A stretch of 63,981 bases of DNA, the filler included, from Chiloscyllium plagiosum (lineage: Eukaryota), in the NCBI RefSeq assembly GCF_004010195.1. It is 4 parts of one record of this genome, joined end to end, with 100 filler letters (N's around TTAATTAATTAA, not from the genome) between each part and the next. Parts side by side here need not be neighbours in the genome. Positions count along the whole stretch, not along the records: positions 1 to 10,971 come from NC_057711.1; positions 11,072 to 37,041 come from NC_057711.1; 2 more parts are not named here. One strand, written 5' to 3'. The translations under genes were made by a program, and so were the position numbers. The notes beneath the pieces were generated by a model. That model searched no databases and was not told the DNA's origin. It saw nothing but the letters and a program-made list of their open reading frames with translations. Below, one piece after another: positions 1-13,020 of this stretch (the first letter of the stretch is position 1; each line of letters begins with the position of its first letter).

Positions 1-285
1 GACTTGTCCGGACTTGTCCTACCTGCCTATTTCCTTTTCCACCTATCCACTCCACCCTTTCCCCCCGACCTATCACCTTCATCCCCCCCCCACTCACCCA
101 TTGTACTCTATGCTACTTTCTCCCCACACCCACCCTCCTCTAGCTTATCTCTCCACATTTCAGGCTCACTGCCTTTATTCCTGATGAAAGGCTGTTGCCC
201 GAAACGTCGATTTCGAAATTCCTTGGAAGCTGCCTGAACTGCTGTGATCTGGTTTGCAGCATCTGCATTCATTGTTTTTACCATC
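1..285 (+). mobile_element. Penelope-like element 3' pLTR (family 1), cut by window start
   Basis: Pyrimidine-rich tract, then ATTC-CTGATGA-AAGGC-tgtt-GCCC-GAAACGTC-GATT and a gctgcctga...cagcatctgca tail; same layout as the copy at 34268-34713, which is attached to a GIY-YIG ORF end. Confidence 0.8.
177..212 (+). ncRNA. Minimal type I hammerhead ribozyme motif (PLE-associated)
   Basis: CTGATGA at 181-187, stem II with one mismatch, GAAAC-GTC at 201-208. Confidence 0.7.
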
Positions 286-360
286 TTCAGTTAATTGTCT
301 TGGCTGCAAAGAAAACCTCGGGAATCTCTCCAAATGCCAGGAAATCTCGACCCTGGACAT

Positions 361-590
361 GGGGGTAGGTATAGGACTGATGTTTGGGGTAGGTTCTTTA
401 CTCAGCGAGTTGTGAGTTCATGGAATGCCCTGCCAGTAGCAGTGGTGGACTCTCCCTCATTATGGGCATTTAAGCGGGCAATGGATAGGCATATGGAGGA
501 TAGTGGGCTAGTGTAGGTTAGGTGGGCTTGGATCGGCGCAACATCGAGGGCCGAAGGGCCTGTACTGTGCTGTATTCTTCTATGTTCTAA
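361..590 (+). mobile_element. CR1 LINE 3' fragment
   Basis: GRFFTQRVVSSWNALP...AFKRAMDRHM is the CR1 ORF2 C-terminus; ends in a ttctatgttcta tail. Confidence 0.9.
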
Positions 591-647
591 CAAAATGGTA
601 AAGCAGTCGGTTGCTCGGATACAGGAATCTTGAGGTAAGCTGTAAAA

Positions 648-686
<39 letters not shown>
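648..686. repeat. Compound (CT)n(CA)n microsatellite
   Basis: Directly visible. Confidence 0.95.
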
Positions 687-712
687 ATTTGATGAACAAT
701 AAAGTTTGATCA

Positions 713-860
713 AAAAATGCTGGAGATCACAATGGGTCAGGCAGCACTCAGACTCGAAATACTAGCTTTCCTTTCTCTCCATGGATGCTTCCTGACACAC
801 TGTGATCCCCAGCACTTTGTGTTTCCAGTACAGATTCCAGCAACTGCAATAATTTGCTCT
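713..860. mobile_element. Degenerate inverted PLE pLTR fragment
   Basis: tgctggagatcac...gtcaggcagca inverted against tgcttcctgac...gatccccagca, plus a gattccagcaactgca tail as at 2461-2590. Confidence 0.6.
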
Positions 861-2460
861 TAGATCTTCATCAAAGCTAGCTATACGAAAGCATCTGATG
901 AAATCGTCGATCATGAACCCATGCCAGAGAAACGAGATCTGAAAATTTATCTCCTCTTAAGCTGTGAAAAGACAGCAAAAACTTTAGACTTCGACAGTAA
1001 ACATAACCAAATGAATGTTATTTGTTTGTATTTCTTGCCCTTATTTTTAAGTGTATTCTATCTGAACATTTACTCCTAAGTAAATTTGTTATTGCACATT
1101 TATTTGGGTGGATTTATTTTTCAAAAATCAATTCCCAGGAAAATTGACTATTTTCATTATTCTACATATTTACAATGCTGTAACCATTACTATCATGCAG
1201 TGCAGGATGAGTTTGAACAATAAAATATTGAGCAGTCATAATAGAAGTTGCAGTCTCACTTTTTTTTAACCCCGGACCAAATAACCCTTCTTGAGAATTC
1301 TTAAACGAGGATTCAATTCACTCACATCAGTTAGCTCAGGCATATATTCACTATTGTCATTCACCTTGTCTTGTTAGTCATCTCAAATGCATCACTTCAC
1401 ATGTTTCAAGATTAAATTCCATTTGTCACTGTTTTGACTATCTGACCAGATGTTCAAAGCATCATGGCGTCGAAAGCTTTCCTCCTTGCTTTTTAGCACA
1501 CCCCCTTTTTTCTCTAATCTATGAATATATGATCATATCTCCTATATTAATGTCAAGACAGACACAACAAACAACAAGGGACCCAACACCAAACCTGGTG
1601 GTACACCATTGAACACAGTCTTCCAGTTGCAAAAACACCCTTTGACCATTACCGTCTGCTTCCTGCCACTAAGTCAATTTTAGATCCAATTTGCTAAATT
1701 GGCCTGGATCCCATGGACTCAGCTCATTAAATATGCTATGTGAAACCTTGTCAAAAGCCATACTGAAGTCTATGTAGATTATATCAACTGCGCAACCCTC
1801 ATATACACTCTTAGTCACCTCCTTGAGAAGTTAGACCAAATATGTTAGATATCATCTTCCTCTAACAAAGAAATGCTAGCTCCAAGCAGAGATTAATTCT
1901 GTCCCCTCAAGTTTTTTCCATCAGTTTCCCTACCACAAATCTTAGACTCATTGGCCTGTGGTTTTACCTTGTTTATCCCTTACCACCTTTCCTCAATAAT
2001 GATGCTACATTAGCTATCTTCCTCTGACACCCTCTTGTAGCCAGACAACATTTGAAAATTAAAGTCAGAGCTCCTGCAATTCCCTCCCTCGCCTCCCAGA
2101 GCAGCCTGGGATTTCATTTGGACCTAGGAATTTATCCACTTGCAAGCCTGCTAAAACTGCTCAAATCTCCTCTCTCTCTATGTAAATTTGTTCAATTACA
2201 TCACAGTCCTCTTCCCAATTTGTAGACCTGTGTTGTCCCTCTCTATACGGAATGCAGACAAAGTATTCAGTTATGTCTTCTAGTTCCATACACAGATTGC
2301 CACTTTAGTACCTAATGGGTCCTATTCTTTACTTGGTTATTCACTTGCTCCTAATACATGTGTAAAATGCCTTTGTTTTTTTATTAATGCTTTCCACCAA
2401 TGTTTTCTCATGCCCTTCTTTGCTTTCTTATTTTCATTTTTAACCAACCACATGTATTTT

Positions 2461-2590
2461 CTGATGAAGAGTCATGTTGACTCAAAATGTTAGCTTGCTC
2501 TCTCCCCATTAATGCTGCCTGACCCGTTGTGAGTTCCAGCATTTGTTGTTTTCAGTACAGATTCCAGCATCTGCAGTAATATGGTGCTAC
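2461..2590 (+). mobile_element. PLE pLTR fragment (family 3) with decayed hammerhead
   Basis: CTGATGA-AGAGTC-atgtt-GACTC-AAAA-TGTT (GAAAC mutated), then gctgcctgacc...ccagcatctgcag tail. Confidence 0.7.
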
Positions 2591-3090
2591 CTTGCACTTT
2601 GTATATTCTTCCAGGATATTGGCTGTTTAGAACCTTTACACCTACCATAAGCATCCTTTCTGTTCTATATTTGATCTGGTTCTTGACATCCAGGGTTCTC
2701 TGTGTTTGCTGGTCACACCCTACATCTTGATCCTGCCCTCTCTGTATTATCTTTCTGAATGTCTCCCACTGCTCTGATGTGGATTATCTTGCCACAGTAA
2801 CTGCTCCCAGTCCAATTTGGCCAGATTCTATCTTACTTTATTAAAATCCAACCTTCCCCAGTTTAGAACCTTTATTCCCAATCTATCTTTGTCCTGAACC
2901 ATTAGCAAACCAATCCACAATGGTGTTGCCCCATTTTGGTTCAGGTGTGATGTACCACACCTATACAGGTCCCACCTTCCCCAGAAATGGTCCCAATGAT
3001 TCTGGAATCTAAAGTCCTTTGTCTTTCAGTAATCCTTCAGCCACACATAGAACTATTCCCTCTGCTTATTATTATTATCCATACCACATG

Positions 3091-3774
3091 TGCCACAATA
3101 CTGGTTCTTTTTGCAAGGTTACTATACACTTGAACTTTTTTTTAAGAGAAGGAGTTAAGTGGCCAGGTTCCAACCAGTCTGGGTTTAAAAGTTTTACTGG
3201 GGTCCTTTGTTTACCCATAATAGATAGAGCTTCAGGCCAAAGGCTTTCATGTCTTTAAAAAAACAGTATAATCACAGGAGAATGGCCAGCTAGCTGCATA
3301 GCTAGCTTTCATTTAGATTAAAGTATTTTTTTGATTCATTTCAGAGCTTTAGTCAGTTCAGTTGCAGCAGGGGATGTGTGAAACATGCTCCTGACCTTTC
3401 TCTCTCTCTCTGTCTCTCCTCCCCTCTCTCTCTCTCTATCTCTCTCTCTCTAATTTCAAGCCTGTAAGCTCTAGTTTGTTTCATTTTTACTGTTTGTTCT
3501 TAGGGATGTGTTTATTGGGACAGTTGCAAGTATTTTCAGAACAGCATCACTAAGTTGGGTTTGTATACGATAAGTCATCCGGTCTTTGGTCTTCTGTTCT
3601 TTGTGTTTTATTCTATAGTTTTGTAAATAAATTTTGTCTGTTTAAATCTTGACAGTTGAACCAACCAATTTACTCTGGGAATATCCACTATACACTTCGC
3701 TAAAACAAATAGCAAATTTACGGTCTGGGCAATCTGCTTAAAAATGTTTTGAAGGACTGGCCTAGTCCATAACA
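3091..3774 (+). mobile_element. Solo LTR (Gypsy-like)
   Basis: Starts TG, ends ATAACA, flanked by 4-bp TSD CATG (3087-3090 and 3775-3778); AATAAA near 3626; interrupts an otherwise collinear CR1. Confidence 0.75.
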
Positions 3775-4499
3775 CATGGTACAAGGAGCAATCCAGAGTT
3801 GGCAATCTTTACGGTCCTTCTTTTTTAATCTGCTACCTACCTCCCTAATTTCTTGTTGCAGGATCTCCTCCCTCTTTCTACCATGTCTTTGGTGCAAATC
3901 TCTGTCGATTCACATTCAGGAAGATTATAGCCATTTAGTGACTTTCTTGATCCAGGCCTGAAGGAAGTAACATACCATCCTGGAGTCATGTCTGTGGCTT
4001 CAGAAATGTCTGTCTGTAACACTCACTACTGAGTCTCTTACCATTATTGTTTTCCCTCTCTTTCTGCTCCCTCCTTGTGCAACTGGGGTCTGACTGCATT
4101 CACCAGATGAGCTGTCACTTTTACCATTTTCCAATGGAGGAAAGCTGTATATGAGCAAGATGCACTCTGGGGCTTTGCTGACTACCGCTCTGCCTCCCCT
4201 TCCTCTGACTAATGGTCACCTGTGACTTCATTGCATGGTGACCATGTCTAAAAATGCAATCTCCATGGAATACTCAGGCTCACGGATGCACTGATATGCC
4301 TCCAGCCAGTGCTCGTGCTCCAAAGCCCAATGGTCAAGCTAATGGAACTTGTCCCATGTCTTGCAGATGTGGTCATCAAGACTGCCCAGTTTGGACTGGA
4401 GTCACATGTCTCTAGCTCAGAACAGAAGTGAGCTGAATTGGATGGATATCCCTGTTTCCAAACCAGGGATTTCTATTGCCAGAGAAACCAGGGTGGGAT

Positions 4500-4890
4500 A
4501 TTTTGGACTATGGAGAGGGTTTTGAGGAACATTACCAGTTGTGGTGAAAGATGCTGATCCTATTTTCATCATTCTTGATGTTGCTACACAATACCTCAGT
4601 AACATTACTCACCAAGACTTCAAGAATAAGAGGGAACTGAAGCAATGGGATCTTTATCCCAAACTGATCAAACTTTGACCCAGTCACTTGGGTATTACAG
4701 TTCAAAGAGTTGGGTTTACACCTGCGTGGAGCTGAAATGATAGTTGGCAACAAAAAGCAGCCAAGCATTTGTACCAAGGTTTGTACAAACATTATGTGTC
4801 TGTTTGGGGGTCTACAATTATCAAATGGCTACAGTTCTGTCATGCACGCTGGCCAGAGGCATGGACACGCCACCAGTGTAAGGGTTCTTA
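4500..4890 (+). mobile_element. Highly decayed Gypsy pol remnant
   Basis: TLPVVVKDADP resembles Gypsy protease LPLVVVKGDGP; ccaaggtttgtacaaacattatgtgtctgtttggggg resembles HKGLYQYxRLPFG. Confidence 0.35.
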
Positions 4891-4899
4891 AGGTAATAG

Positions 4900-5460
4900 G
4901 GAGCAGATGATGCAAAAGGTGTGACCAAGATGAATGGCATACTCTAAGCCAGAACCCAAGGGGTATGCTATTGGGCTCAGCTGTCTGGACATGTTGGAGT
5001 GCCAGTATAGAGATGCCTGAGAATAACATCAGAAAGTACTGGAGGAACTGTATCTCTCTCTGGAAAGAGTTAACATTTTGAGTCTCAGATAACTCTTCTT
5101 CAGAACAGCTTGTAAGTGTTTGCTCAGATGGTCCCAGGCATCTGCACTGTTACATAGGATTAAACCTAATTCTGCTGGGAGCACACAACGTTATGGTCAC
5201 TCTTAATGATTTTTAGCAGCAAGTTCTGCTCAGGGCTTTGTTGTGGAAGCATGAAGCATTTCCCAATTTCACCATCACCTGCACAGAGATTCAGGGAACC
5301 TGCTTGCACAGGTGATGGTATTAAGTATTTCTCCAGACACATGGACTCTCAGGTAGAAAGGCTTCAATAGCTGGCATTCCTCAGGCCCTAGGCTGCAAGA
5401 CTTCGCACGTGACCTCCAGAGCACCCAGTATTGGACCTGAGGGGTTTAACATTAGAAACG
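4900..5460 (-). mobile_element. Decayed PIF/Harbinger transposase remnant (small PLE piece inserted at about 5060-5105)
   Basis: Minus-strand patches in the expected order: PQVQ..GALEVT (PQVQGAIDCT), ITCASRFP (VCARFPG), ALQH (GALQYSP). Confidence 0.45.
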
Positions 5461-6197
5461 TGTTTGTTCTAATCAGTGTATAGGTGGTGAGTGACTACAG
5501 GAATGGGGTGTGTGTGTGTGTCTGTCTGTCTGTCTGTCTGTGTGGTCCATTCCTAGTGTTGTTCATGATCCTCTCTGGATCAACACCAGCAAACACAGTG
5601 ACCACAGCCTGCACTGTTATTGTAATCTATTTCTTTATTTATCAATCAGTTTGTTTAACATTAAAGCATAAAATCATACCAGGTTACAAACAAAGCTGTC
5701 TCAGCCTCATTCCTGAGACTTAGGTCTGGCCAGCACTGGTGAGGGAGAATTGCCTAGGCTTCAGTCTATCAGCCAAGCCTATCTGCTCTGACCTTTGAGC
5801 TCAGGGCCTAGCATCTGTGATAATTGTTGCCGGGTTGCACTGCTGATGTCTTCAAAACACTTTTATTTTTATATGTTTTCTCTTCAAAGCTTTGGAAAGT
5901 TTGATTCTTGCCCAGGATCCTTGTGACTATAAGATCATGCATCCGAGGATCGTATCAGCAAGATACACCTGTTTTAAAGCTCTCCCTCTGACTTCAATTT
6001 CGTAGCCTTGATAACCACAAGGGTCAAGCAGCCTTTTAGCAGCCCTCATCACCAGATTCCTGCTAAATAAGCAGTGCCTGGCTCTGCTTTGCACAGTGGG
6101 CTATTGTTCTTGGAAAGTTGGCCTCTCTCTTTGTCGAGACTTTGCTGTTAACTGTTCTGGTAAAGTGGAGGCGTTAAGATGGAGCTATGAATTTTTT

Positions 6198-6392
6198 TAG
6201 ATTAGATTAGATTACTTGCAGTGTGGAAACAAGCCCTTCAGCCCAACAAGACCACACCAACCCTCCAAAGAGCAACCCACCCAGACCCATTCCCCTACAT
6301 TTACCTCTTCACCTAACACTACGGGCAATTTAGCATGGCCAATTCACCTAACCTGCACATTTTTGGACAGTGGGAGGAAATTGGAGCACCTC
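6198..6392 (-). mobile_element. HE1-type V-SINE, 5'-truncated
   Basis: (TTAGA)n tail, CR1-like 3' end and part of the V-domain. Confidence 0.9.
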
Positions 6393-7295
6393 CCGCACTG
6401 GACAGCTGTTGCGATGCCTTCAAACTGCAATAGACATCTTATCCCATTGCCCAGGGATGTGTCTCATGACTCAGTGACTCAGCAGCTCTGCTTCCAATTG
6501 GGTAGCTCCTCAGTTTCCTGGGAATGATGCAAAACAACATTTGATATGAGCAATACTGAAATGCATACCCTTGTTAAATATCATTATAGAAACATAGAAA
6601 AGAGGAGCAGGAGTAGGCCATTTGTTCCTCAAGCCTCTACTGCCATTCAATGTGATCATGGTTTATCTCTGAACTCAGTACCCTGCTCCTCCCCAGGCCC
6701 GGTGATCCCTTTCGACCTACGAACTATATCTAACTTCTTCTTAAAAGCGTTCAATAATTTGATCTCAATTGCTTTCTGTGACTGAGAATTCCACAAAATC
6801 ATCACTCACTGGGTGAAAAACATCCTCCTCATTTCAGTCCTAAATGGCCTTAGATTGTGAGCCTTGGTTCTTTGTTCCTTTTTTAACAGGAACTTCCTTC
6901 CTCATATACCCTGTCTAATCCTGTTAGAATTCTTAAGGTTTCAGGCAAATGAAATTGTGTGTTTGGTGTCCTGAGGTCTCAGGAAGCAGCTTGCAATATC
7001 CGCCTGCCTGAACTTCTGAACGGTGATTATTGGCTGCATTCTGTGGGATGTGGTGCCCATAAGGGGATACGGATTGATGAGACTGATGCTGAAAAGGGGC
7101 GCACATTGCTGGAGATCAGCAGGCAGACAGTTGAGGAGGAAACCAAGGGAGACTCATGGCCAGGGGAGTCAGGGAAGTCCAAAAGTGGAAGGTGCTGAGG
7201 GAAGGGTTAGCTGTCAACATGATATAAAGTTATTGGTGGGTCCCATGGAGGGCGCCATTATCACCAGGGAACTCCAAATACAGCTCTGATTCACT
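6393..7295 (+). mobile_element. Decayed Harbinger transposase C-terminal half, split by a CR1 3' end
   Basis: VSHDS (GSSHDS), SGSSLQYPP (SGGALQYSP), IIGCILWDVVPIRG (IIVACCILHNIAIRRG). Confidence 0.55.
6585..6945 (-). mobile_element. CR1 LINE 3' fragment
   Basis: atagaaacatagaa tail followed by ggagcaggagtaggccatt, the reverse complement of a CR1 3' UTR. Confidence 0.85.
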
Positions 7296-7445
7296 TGAGC
7301 AACTCTGAAGAGCTCACAGTATGACAAGTGCATGGTGATGAACAAGAACTGTGTCTTCAAATGAGGAATTTCCACACCACCAACCTTCAGAATCCTGCCA
7401 TCACAAGCTCAATCAGAAAAGATAATAACCTTACTTTATCTTTGA

Positions 7446-7610
7446 AGTTAAAAATCATACAACACCAAGTTATAGTCCAACAGGTTTATTTGGAAGTATT
7501 AACTTTCAGCGCGCTGCTCCTTCATCAGGTAACTAGTGGGGCAGGATCATAAGACCCAGAATTTATAGCAAAAGATTACAGTGTCATGCAATTAAAATGA
7601 TATGTTGAAG
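7446..7610 (-). mobile_element. PLE pLTR fragment (family 2) with hammerhead remnant
   Basis: Reverse complement acCTGATGAaggagcagcgcgctGAAAgtta...cctgttggactataac matches 43580-43665. Confidence 0.8.
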
Positions 7611-9299
7611 ATTTGAAGATATCTTTGAAGATATGTCATCAGCTTCCCCTGCTCAATGAACAGCTAGTAACAAGTGTAATATGTATATTTACAGAGTTCA
7701 TCACAATTAACTACCATCTTCTAAAACTATGGTGACCCAATTAGTCTTCGCTGGGACTAGGTTGCTGACAATATGTAAGCAGCCCATATTGCCCCAGAGT
7801 AGGTGCAGGCAGGCTGCTTCCCTCTCAGGCTGGGTCATTATGAGGAACATCGTGGCCAGCCTCAGCTTTCAGTGAATGGCAAGTGTCCCACGCTCCCTAG
7901 CAGCTGCACTCCCTCACAGTCTCTGCAGGGGCAACCATGGTCCCTGTGAACTGGGTCTCAGAGGTTTGTGGGAGATGGGTAGGTTAATAGGAGAGGGTGA
8001 CGAATGCTGCTCAGGGCCCTCATCCTACTCAGTTCTGGTTCCCTAATGGTTGTTTTCCCTGGGTCATTATGGATCTGCATATGGATTAACATATGGGTCT
8101 CACTTCTTGCAAAAAGGCAATCTGTGGCTCTGGTTTGATATTGGGGTGATATTAGGGAGTGGGATATTGGCAAGTTTTTAGCTCATCACCATAACAACAT
8201 TGAATGGCTGTGACCCATTAGACTATAACATACAGAGATAGGGAAAGATGAAATCTTTGAAGGAATCAGAACAGAAAGATGTAATATATTCACCACACTC
8301 TGCATTGGTTCTGATATTATTTATTAGAAATGCTTAAAATTGCAAAAAAACTACATTTTTTTCTTTGGAGAATGTGTGTAAGTGAATATCGTTGCTTTCT
8401 AAACTTTATGTAATTCTTGAGCTCACAATCTGAAGGAAGCTCCGAGCAACAACACCACAACCTCCATCGTGCAAAAGACAAGGAGTCAGGTCCCAATCCA
8501 TCACAGCCATGGATAGGACGTCAAACTCTGTACTGTCAGTGCCAATCTAATCCTCACTGGCTAACTGGACAAATGCATTCTGTTGTGACACTAGCATGTA
8601 TTAGAAAAATTTATAAGTTGCTACCCAACTAGATTGAAGTCATGATGTAGAGGCTTGACATTATAGCATGGCCGGAAGATTGGTTAGCCATCAGAAAACA
8701 GAATAGGCATAAATGGGTCAACCATTTGGATTCTCAAGATATGGTAAACAAGAAGGAGCCACAACTGTTTCCAATTCACTTCAATCACTAAATTTTTCAA
8801 TGACACAAAATTTAACTTAGTTATTGAAGTTCCCATCAAAACAGGCACTTCCTTACCACTAATAGCTTTTTAAAAATTCTTCTGTGCAGCTTATATTCCT
8901 CCCAAATTTATTACAGATGATCAGAAAGGATGTTAATTTGTATCAATTATTATGAAGTCTAGAAGATCAACTCTAATGTAAAGCTGAAACCTAATGCTAT
9001 ATTCTTTGATAAAGCTGACAATCTAAGGAGTATTGCCTCTCTCATTTAAACTTGGAAGGTCAAATAAGCAGTCTCTCTCAGTCTTGTGGCTACAATTACA
9101 ACGTCTTCTATTTCCATGCTGTAAGTTTAAAACAGAAAATTGGAGGAAGTGATGCAGAAGATTTTAGTCTGATCAAACAAACTGCTTTAACTACTTTCTT
9201 ACAAGTTCTCTTTACCAAATGGGATGACATTCACATTCTATTGAGAGGGATGAAATTCAATCAGTTTTTACAGCTTGATAGAGTCATTTAAAGGAACTT

Positions 9300-9930
9300 C
9301 CTTGGAGTGCTAAGGCTCTACAGGACACATTTTTACTTTCTCACTCTTGTTTTGTAATTTTTCTTGTCATTCTTGCCTTGCTCTTTAGTCTGATGATCTG
9401 CTCAAATTGTCTATATTTGTATTTACTTTCAATTAATCTGTTTACATAAATGGTTCTAAATTCATTATATCCTCAATCATCCATAGCCTCTGGAAAACAT
9501 GAACTCAGATTTATGTTTCTTAATTTGGTTCTGTTGTCTGCAGAAAAATTCACTCAATTACTGTAAAGCAACATCATATATGGACTCATCAGTACCCAGC
9601 TTTCATCTGTACCAATCTTGATGATACATCTTACTAAGAGTTCCAATCCCAAAGCCCTTGTCTATTCAAATCTAATTTCTTCCTTACTCCTGTTTGCAAT
9701 TTTGCTCACTTTATCCCAATTGTTTTACACTCACTCAATTTCTCTACAGAATAGGTGTCATTGTCTTGCAAATTAAGATGCTTTCCCACTTTACTGGCTG
9801 CATTAACATGCTGAGCTGTTTCTCAAGAAGGTGCATATGATTGAAACCCGTTCTTTGGCGCAATATTCCCATCCTTTATACCAGTCTATTTGGACTAGTC
9901 TCAGAATATCCTTACACATTCATGCAATAT
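9300..9930 (-). mobile_element. Ancient RTE-like AP-endonuclease remnant
   Basis: Only weak patches: DILRLVQIDW (DILGLSEVRW) and an NQI-like patch. Confidence 0.3.
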
Positions 9931-10375
9931 CTCAATACAGTGCCATACATTCTTAACTCTTGTATGTTCTTCATAGAATTTTGGAATTCCAGCAATCCCT
10001 GGATCAAATTCTAGAGTTTCCTCCCGGATGTCAACACAAGCAAGTGGACTGCAATGATTCAAGAAGGAAGCTCACTACCACCTTCTCAAGGGCAGGCAAT
10101 ATATGCTGGCCAGCCATCAATACCCATGTCCCATGGATGAATTTTAAAATTTTTTTGAAACAAACGAGTATGGAGACATCTATCAGCATTCCTCAATGGT
10201 ACTCCTGATCAGATGGTCTCTATATAAGCAGCTGCATTTGCTTCTGTTTCAACAGAATCCATTTCAAGCACACCACAAGACATTTTACCTTCGATAAATG
10301 TCAGCTATTTTCTAATCAACCTGTTCAGAGATATTATTCCACACCTCTGGAGCAGATGACACTTGAACCGAGGGC

Positions 10376-10693
10376 CCAAGCTCAAAGGTGTGGATATTAT
10401 TGCTGCCCATGCTATGGTTGTTCTTGCTTGTAGTTTGACTTTAATTATCAAAGCTGCTGTTTCAGCTAAAACGTTTCCCCAGCCATTTATAGTCATAGAG
10501 TCATAGAGATGTACAGCATGGAAACAGACCCTTCCAAGCCCAAAGGTGTGGATATTATTGCTGCCCCATGCTATGGTTGTTCTTGCCTGTAGTTTGACTT
10601 TAATTATCAAAGCTGCTGTTTCAGCTAAAACGTTTCCCCAGCCATTTATAGTCATAGAGTCATAGAGATGTACAGCATGGAAACAGACCCTTC
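10376..10693. repeat. Tandem duplication, two copies of about 158 bp
   Basis: 10376-10533 repeated at 10534-10693 with about three differences; includes the CR1 3' tail. Confidence 0.95.
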
Positions 10694-12955
10694 AGTCCAA
10701 CCCGTCCATGCCGACCAGATATCCCAACCCAATCTAGTCCCACCTGCCAGCACCCGGCCCATATCCCTCCAAACCCTTCCTATTCATATACCATCCAAAT
10801 GCCTCTTAAATGTTGCAATTTTACCAGCCTCCACCACATCCTCTGGCAGCTCATTCCATACACGTACCACCCTCTGTGTGAAAACGTTGCCCCTTAGGTC
10901 TCTTTTATATCTTTCCCATCTCACTCTAAACCTATGCCCTCTAGTTCTGGACTCCCCAACCCCAGGGAAAANNNNNNNNNNNNNNNNNNNNNNNNNNNNN
11001 NNNNNNNNNNNNNNNTTAATTAATTAANNNNNNNNNNNNNNNNNNNNNNNNNNNNNNNNNNNNNNNNNNNNTGTCCTGTACAGCCACAACATGACCTCCC
11101 AACTCCTGTACTCAATACTCTGACTGATAAAGCAAAGCATACTAACCACATTCTTCACTATCCTATCTACCTGTGACTCCACTTTCAAGGAGCTATGAAC
11201 CTGCACTCCAAGATCTCTTTGTTCAGCAACACTCCCTAGGATCTTACCGTTAAGTGTATAAGTATTGCTAAGATTTGCTTTCCCAAAATGCAGCACCTCA
11301 CATTTATCTGAATTAAATTCCATCTGCCACTTCTCAGCCCATTGGCCCATCTGGTCCAGATCCTGTTGTAATCTGAGGTAACCCTCTTCACTGTCCACAA
11401 CACCTCCAATTTTGGTGTCATCTGCAAAATTACTAACTGTACCTCTTATGCTCACATCCAAATCATTTATGTAAATGAAAACACGTAGAGGACCCAGCAC
11501 CAATCCTTGTGGCACTCCACTGATCACTGGCCTCCAGTCTGAAAAACAACCCTCCACCACCAACCTTTGAGCCAGTTCTGTATCCAAATGGCTAGTTTTC
11601 CCTGTCTTCCGTGAAATCTAACCTTGCTAATCAGTCTCCCATGGGGAACCTTGTTGAACACCTTACTGAAGTCCATATAGATCCCATCTACTGCTCTGCC
11701 CTCATCAATCCTCTTTGGTACTTCTTCAAAACACTCAATCAAGTTTGTGAGACATGATTTCCTACGCACAAAGCCATGTTGACTATCCCTAATCAGTCCT
11801 TGCCTTTCCAAATACATGTACATCCTGTCTCTCAGGATTCCCTCCAACAACTTGCCCACCACCGAGGTCAGGCTCATCAGTCTATAGTTCTCTGGCGTGC
11901 CCTTACCACCCATTTTAAATAGTGGCATCACGTTTACCAACCTCCAGTCTTCCAGCACCTCACCTGTGACTATCGATGATACAAATATCTCAGCAAAAGG
12001 CCCAGCAATCACTTCTCTATCTTCCCACAGAGTTCTCAGGTACACCTGATCAGGTCCTAGGGATTTATCCACCTATACCCGTTTCAAGACATCCAGCACT
12101 TCCTCCTCTGAAATCTGGACATTTTGCAAGATGCCACCATCTATTTCCCTACAGTCTATATCTTCCATATCCATTTCCACAGAAAATATTGATGCAAAAT
12201 ACTCATTTAGTATATCCCCCATTTTCTGCGGCTCCACACAAAGCCTTGCTGATCTTTGAGGGGCCCTATTCTCTCCCTAGTTACCTTTTTGTCCTTAATG
12301 TATTTGTAAAAACCCTTTGGATTTTACTTAATTCTATTTGCCAAAGCTATCTCATGTCCCCTTTTTGCCCTCCTGATTTCGCTCTTAAGTATGCTTCTAC
12401 TTCCTTTATAGTCTTCTAAGGATTCACTCGATCTATCCTGTCTGTACCTCCTTTTTCTTAACCAAACCCTCTTTAGTCATCCAGCATTCCCTATACCTAC
12501 CAGCCTTTCCTTTCACCCTGACAGGAATATACTTTCTCTGGATTCTTGTTATCTCATTTCTGAAGGCTTCCCATTTTCTAACCGTCCCTTTACCTGCGAA
12601 CATCTGCCTCCAATAACTTTCAAAAGTTCTTGCCTAATACCATCAAAATTGGCCTTTCTCCAATATAAAACTTCAACTTTTAAACCTGGTCTATCCTCTT
12701 CCATCACTATTTTAAAACAAATAGAATTATGGTCGCTGGCCCCAAAGTGCTCCCCCACTGACACCTCAGTCACCTGCCCTGCCTTATTTCCCAAGAGTAG
12801 GTCAAGTTTTGCACCTGCTCTAGTAGGTACATCCACATACTGAATCAGAAAATTGTCGTGTACACACTTAAGAAATTCCTCTCCATCTAAACCTTTAACA
12901 CTATGGCAGTCCCAGTCGATGTTTGGAAAGTTAAAATCCCCGACCATAACTACCT
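10650..12955 (-). mobile_element. Young CR1 (HER1-like) LINE ORF2, frameshifted, spanning a scaffold gap
   Basis: ORFs 12549-12947 (VGDFNFPNIDW...SDHN, endonuclease), 11524-12072 (NYRLMSLTSVVGKLLE...YMDFSKVF) and 11024-11587 (GVPQGLVLGP...FADDTK, RT). Confidence 0.97.
10972..11071. other. Artificial scaffold linker N44-TTAATTAATTAA-N44
   Basis: The identical 100-bp construct occurs three times. Confidence 0.97.
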
Positions 12956-13020
12956 AAATTGAGACATTGCTGAGTTGGGAACAAATGTGCACTCACCTTG
13001 TCAGTTGGTGGAATTTGTAA

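Larger units (their letters stand above)
1310..4430 (-). mobile_element. Old, near full-length CR1 LINE (ORF1 esterase region plus decayed ORF2), interrupted by a PLE piece and a solo LTR
   Basis: Minus strand near 3950-4050 reads IMVRDSVVSVTDRHF*SHRHDSRMVCY, matching the CR1 ORF1 SGNH motif GDSIVRGTDRRFC...SRMVCC; 1400-2900 is collinear with the younger CR1 ORF2 at 11072-12955. Confidence 0.8.

Noticed and set aside
893..915. Hammerhead at catCTGATGAaatcgtcga
   Set aside because: No stem II or correctly placed GAAA.
11016..11027. TTAATTAATTAA as a regulatory or PacI-type site
   Set aside because: Centred in N-runs identically three times; synthetic.
10668..12947. Intact, active LINE or host RT gene
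   Set aside because: ORF2 is split by frameshifts, truncated at the 5' end and crosses a gap; no complete autonomous element is seen in the window.
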